Source: a virus (lineage: Duplodnaviria > Caudoviricetes). Taken from it: a stretch of DNA of 28,295 nucleotides. Positions 25,549 to 28,295 of this stretch are shown here, one piece after another (positions within the stretch are counted from its first letter, which is position 1; each line of letters starts with the position of its first letter). The stretch lies in IMG/VR virus record IMGVR_UViG_3300020042_003126, positions 1 through 28,295 of that record, one strand, 5' to 3'. The translations under genes and the position numbers were made by a program. Under the pieces are notes generated by a model. That model had not been told where the DNA came from. It saw nothing but the letters and a program-made list of their open reading frames with translations, and did not search any database.

Positions 25549-26059
25549 ACCTATATTGTAATTCATTTAAATTTTGTTTTATCTCCTTGATCAGATAGTA
25601 GGCTGAAGTAGTAGTTATTCCAAAGTATTGAGCCATGCTTTTAGCAGTAACATAGCCCCTATCAATGTATGCCTCATAAACTATCTTCTGCACCTTATCT
25701 GTTATCTCATTCCTGTAGATCTCTATAAGTGCTTTATTAAAAGAATAGATCCTATCCTCCCTTAGCTTGTAGTATAGATCATCATTATCAATAGGCTCAG
25801 TTAATGGATGCTCAATGGCTGTGATCCTATCATCCTTATTACTCTTGGAGCATGACCATAACACCTGATACTTGATAGTATTTAGCAGATAGCTCTTCAC
25901 CTTGCCAGGATCCCCATCTATATTAATCACATGAAGGTAGGAGTTATTAATGACTGTATCAGCGTCAATATAGCTGCCCATCTTTTTTAGAAAGTAGGTA
26001 GTATAGGCTCTCACCTCAGCATAGTTGCTACTAATGTAGTTGTCTAAGGCTCTTCTCAT
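25526..26059 (-). CDS. RNA polymerase sigma-factor-like protein (ECF size), probable late regulator
   Basis: 177 aa from MRRALDNY. Region-2-like DADTVINNSYL...KSYLLNTIK and C-terminal HTH TAKSMAQYFGITTTSAYYLIKEIK; sits at the early/late junction. Confidence 0.6.
   Translation of the reverse strand: MRRALDNYISSNYAEVRAYTTYFLKKMGSYIDADTVINNSYLHVINIDGDPGKVKSYLLNTIKYQVLWSCSKSNKDDRITAIEHPLTEPIDNDDLYYKLREDRIYSFNKALIEIYRNEITDKVQKIVYEAYIDRGYVTAKSMAQYFGITTTSAYYLIKEIKQNLNELQYRYESEPIY
25549..25560 (-). promoter_or_regulatory. Late promoter motif variant TACAATATAGGT (terminase operon)
   Basis: 11/12 match abutting ATG; embedded in the 3' end of the sigma-like gene. Confidence 0.65.
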
Positions 26060-26246
26060 ACCATGTCTCAAAATCCTTGGACCATATTCTCCTCCTTGTA
26101 GAGGCACAGAAGCACTCCCTCGGTTGTCTACCCTCATACTTCTCTCTAATCTTATATAATTTTATGCAAGAGTGCTTAGAGTACCTTGTACTATCAGGCA
26201 TCTTAGCTATTGCATCAATCAGATCTATCTCAGCTTGTTCAAACAT
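26031..26246 (-). CDS. Small Cys-containing hypothetical protein
   Basis: Likely start MFEQAEID at 26246; HSC...ECFC motif. Confidence 0.6.
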   Translation of the reverse strand: MFEQAEIDLIDAIAKMPDSTRYSKHSCIKLYKIREKYEGRQPRECFCASTRRRIWSKDFETWYEKSLRQLH

Positions 26247-26473
26247 TCCTCTAGTATAAAAGCAAGCAGTGCAGCCTGACAAGCTAGGATAAAATCAAAG
26301 GTACAAAATATAGTAAGCCAAAAAGCCACACATTTAATACATCCTAGTGCAGAGTGTATATGTATGGCTGTTGGGTACTTTGTGTTATACTTAAATAATC
26401 TATCAAAGGTTGCCTGTAAAGGTTCAAAATTAACAAACCACCAGGATAAAGGTATAAGGGCTAGTAAAGTCAT
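26225..26473 (-). CDS. Small membrane protein with CxxC (DUF1360-like)
   Basis: Hydrophobic, LGCIKCVAFW motif. Confidence 0.6.
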   Translation of the reverse strand: MTLLALIPLSWWFVNFEPLQATFDRLFKYNTKYPTAIHIHSALGCIKCVAFWLTIFCTFDFILACQAALLAFILEECLNKLR

Positions 26474-26477
26474 GGCC

Positions 26478-26485
26478 CAAATATA
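26478..26485 (-). promoter_or_regulatory. Host-type -7 element (TATATTTG), 4 nt before ATG
   Basis: TATATTTG-GGCC-ATG suggests a leaderless transcript for the sigma-factor operon. Confidence 0.6.
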
Positions 26486-26495
26486 GTAATTTTAT

Positions 26496-26738
26496 TTAAA
26501 ATGGCAAATCATCATCTTCTAATGCAAATGGCACAGCTGGTGCTGATAGCACTGGCTTAATGTAAGGCTCACTGAATGATGCACTAAAGTACTTCATACC
26601 TGATTTACTTTCTTTTAGCCATAGAGCTACCTCCATATCTTTACCGTTTACGTTTACCTTACCCTTATAATCGGGGTGAGTTTCTGCAGTCTTTTTGTCG
26701 TTCTTAAAGATAGCACCACTGTTGTTTTTTGTTTCCAT
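26496..26738 (-). CDS. Small SSB-like protein
   Basis: SGAIFKNDKK..HPDYKG...VALW beta-rich core and acidic C-terminal EDDDLPF tail typical of SSBs. Confidence 0.65.
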   Translation of the reverse strand: METKNNSGAIFKNDKKTAETHPDYKGKVNVNGKDMEVALWLKESKSGMKYFSASFSEPYIKPVLSAPAVPFALEDDDLPF

Positions 26739-26739
26739 T

Positions 26740-26829
26740 TTATTTGTTTTTAGTTAATAAATAGTTAATAGTCACTATCCACCCCCACACAATCGCAGGG
26801 GCTAGTAGTATTGATAGTATTATAATCAT
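26740..26829 (-). CDS. Tiny single-TM protein (29 aa)
   Basis: MIIILSILLAPAIVWGWIVTINYLLTKNK; ATGA-coupled to the exonuclease stop. Confidence 0.5.
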   Translation of the reverse strand: MIIILSILLAPAIVWGWIVTINYLLTKNK

Positions 26830-27497
26830 AGTTGCTGTATTAGTTCATTAAAATAATCTCTACACTGTTCTACCCTCACCTTAATCTGTTCTATCACCTC
26901 CTCATCCCTTTGTATTACAAAGGTCTTGACTCTTTTTTTATCAGGGATATGGTCAAAGCTGTGCTGTTTCTGTACCTGGTCTCTTAAGTCTAGGTTCTCC
27001 TCCATTAGTCCTAACTTATAGTGAGCACTCTTTACCTCCTGCTCTACTATAGCATGGGGTGTATTGGTTAGGCAGTAGCATAGTAGTGCCTCTTGTTTAT
27101 CACATAAAAACATATACCCTTGGAGTTGGTAAAAATACTCTTTGTTAGGGCATTCAGTATCGAACCAGGGGAACGTGCTACCACTCCATGAGTTTTTTAC
27201 ATCTATTAGCACAGTGTCGGTGACTACATCCGGTGTACCGGTAAGCCAATCATTACTAAAGTTCTCTTCATTCTTAAACAGGAAGCCTTTATCAATTACA
27301 TCCATTACAAAGCTGAGGCACATGTCCTCACACTCATTACCCTTATCAGTATACTTACTAGTGAACTCTTTTCTGATACCATAAACGTGAGCCAGGGCTA
27401 GGCCCTGGATATACGTCTTTGTTGTTTGTGATAGTACCTCCCCTTTAGTCTTGGGTGAGGTCATTATCTTACCTATAGCTGAACATCTAATTTTCAT
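26826..27497 (-). CDS. YqaJ/lambda-exonuclease-like PD-(D/E)XK nuclease
   Basis: RCSAIG, KGNECE, GTPD...DVKNS and YQLQGYM motifs. Confidence 0.85.
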   Translation of the reverse strand: MKIRCSAIGKIMTSPKTKGEVLSQTTKTYIQGLALAHVYGIRKEFTSKYTDKGNECEDMCLSFVMDVIDKGFLFKNEENFSNDWLTGTPDVVTDTVLIDVKNSWSGSTFPWFDTECPNKEYFYQLQGYMFLCDKQEALLCYCLTNTPHAIVEQEVKSAHYKLGLMEENLDLRDQVQKQHSFDHIPDKKRVKTFVIQRDEEVIEQIKVRVEQCRDYFNELIQQL

Positions 27498-28294
27498 AAC
27501 ATTCTAAGGTTTACTTTATTTCTACTTCTCCAGTTGTAGATATCCTCAATAACAGTTCTGTATTGATCTGCATTAACACAATCTACTAGAGCTGATGGCT
27601 GTAATCTTAGCTTATGCATAAACTCACTAAAGTCAAATTTATCATTATAAAGCAAAGTTATAAAAGCCTTAATAAAAACAGATCTATTATATCCATCATA
27701 GTAAGTACCAATCATTCTAATTTTATTAGCCCAATCTTGAGCCAAATCAAAATCTTTACCTACCCATGTACCTTCTTCAAAAACATTACTAGGTTTTTTA
27801 TCTTCTCTATTTTGGTATGATTGATATGCATTTGATGCACATGATATATTAGAACACAAAGCCAAACAATTTATAAAACTAAAATCATCATTTTTTAATG
27901 CAAACTCTCTAAGCTTAACATAAGCATCTATACCCATGTTTGCATAACCTTCCATGTAATCAGACTTAGCCCAATTTTTTTGGTTAAGATTAAGGGTGTG
28001 TACTTCAGTAAGAGTATATCCAGGTACTATAATGTAATAAACATAAGTGCCTGCACTTTTAGCAGCTTCTAGTCTATGCTGGCCATCTATTACCTCTAAC
28101 TCTTCATTAACTAAAATAGGGTTACATTTCATACCGTACTTGTTAATGCTGTAAATTAACCTATTGATGTGCTGTAAGTTGGGCACCCTGTTACCAGGTA
28201 GCGTCTTAAAAGTACTTAGGTCATTAGTTCGGTAAACCTTGTTTACCTCTTTGCTTGTGATTGGCACGTAGATCTCTAGTGGTGCCTCTTTAAA
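27494..28294 (-). CDS. ParB/Srx N-terminal-domain protein (frame open to the window edge)
   Basis: NPILVNEELEVIDGQHRLEAA ParB-like motif. The frame continues upstream of the track start (FKEAPLEIYVP...), so the true start may lie outside the window. Confidence 0.75.
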   Translation of the reverse strand, partial: FKEAPLEIYVPITSKEVNKVYRTNDLSTFKTLPGNRVPNLQHINRLIYSINKYGMKCNPILVNEELEVIDGQHRLEAAKSAGTYVYYIIVPGYTLTEVHTLNLNQKNWAKSDYMEGYANMGIDAYVKLREFALKNDDFSFINCLALCSNISCASNAYQSYQNREDKKPSNVFEEGTWVGKDFDLAQDWANKIRMIGTYYDGYNRSVFIKAFITLLYNDKFDFSEFMHKLRLQPSALVDCVNADQYRTVIEDIYNWRSRNKVNLRML

Positions 28295-28295
28295 A

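Noticed and set aside
930-27820. Numerous plus-strand ORFs in the track (e.g. 930-1232, 8818-9147, 12088-12492, 15238-15651, 18215-18613)
   Set aside because: Antisense shadows of well-supported minus-strand genes with S/L-rich composition and no promoter or motif support.
1-28295. Stop-codon reassignment, CRISPR array or tRNA genes
   Set aside because: Genes are full-length and densely packed under the standard code, with TAA, TGA and TAG all used as stops. No repeat-spacer array or cloverleaf was seen in the short intergenic regions.

Overview
The window is most of a small (about 29 kb, circularly permuted) siphovirus genome. Bacteroidota-type TAnnTTTG promoters and A-rich start regions lacking Shine-Dalgarno sites point to a Bacteroidota host, probably Flavobacteriia-like. 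Nearly all genes are on the minus strand. The early/replication block has a primase-SF3 helicase with an adjacent iteron cluster, a DnaA-C-like HTH protein, a degenerate HNH, a VRR-NUC-like nuclease, ERF, a ParB-like protein, a YqaJ-like exonuclease and an SSB-like protein. These are followed by a sigma-factor-like gene, terminases, tail, head, portal, lysis genes (holin, amidase, unimolecular spanin) and a metallophosphoesterase. No integrase or CI-type repressor is recognisable. The most notable finding is non-coding: a candidate 66-nt small RNA (5748-5813, minus) with its own host-type promoter and terminator. Its exposed loop (UUGGUUAGUUU) is complementary to an AACUAACCA motif at the start codons of three promoter-proximal early genes (the first early gene, the primase-helicase and ERF). 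A second layer is a five-copy late promoter motif (TATAATATAGGT-ATG) heading every late operon, mostly as apparently leaderless mRNAs. All calls were made by eye from the sequence; no searches were run.
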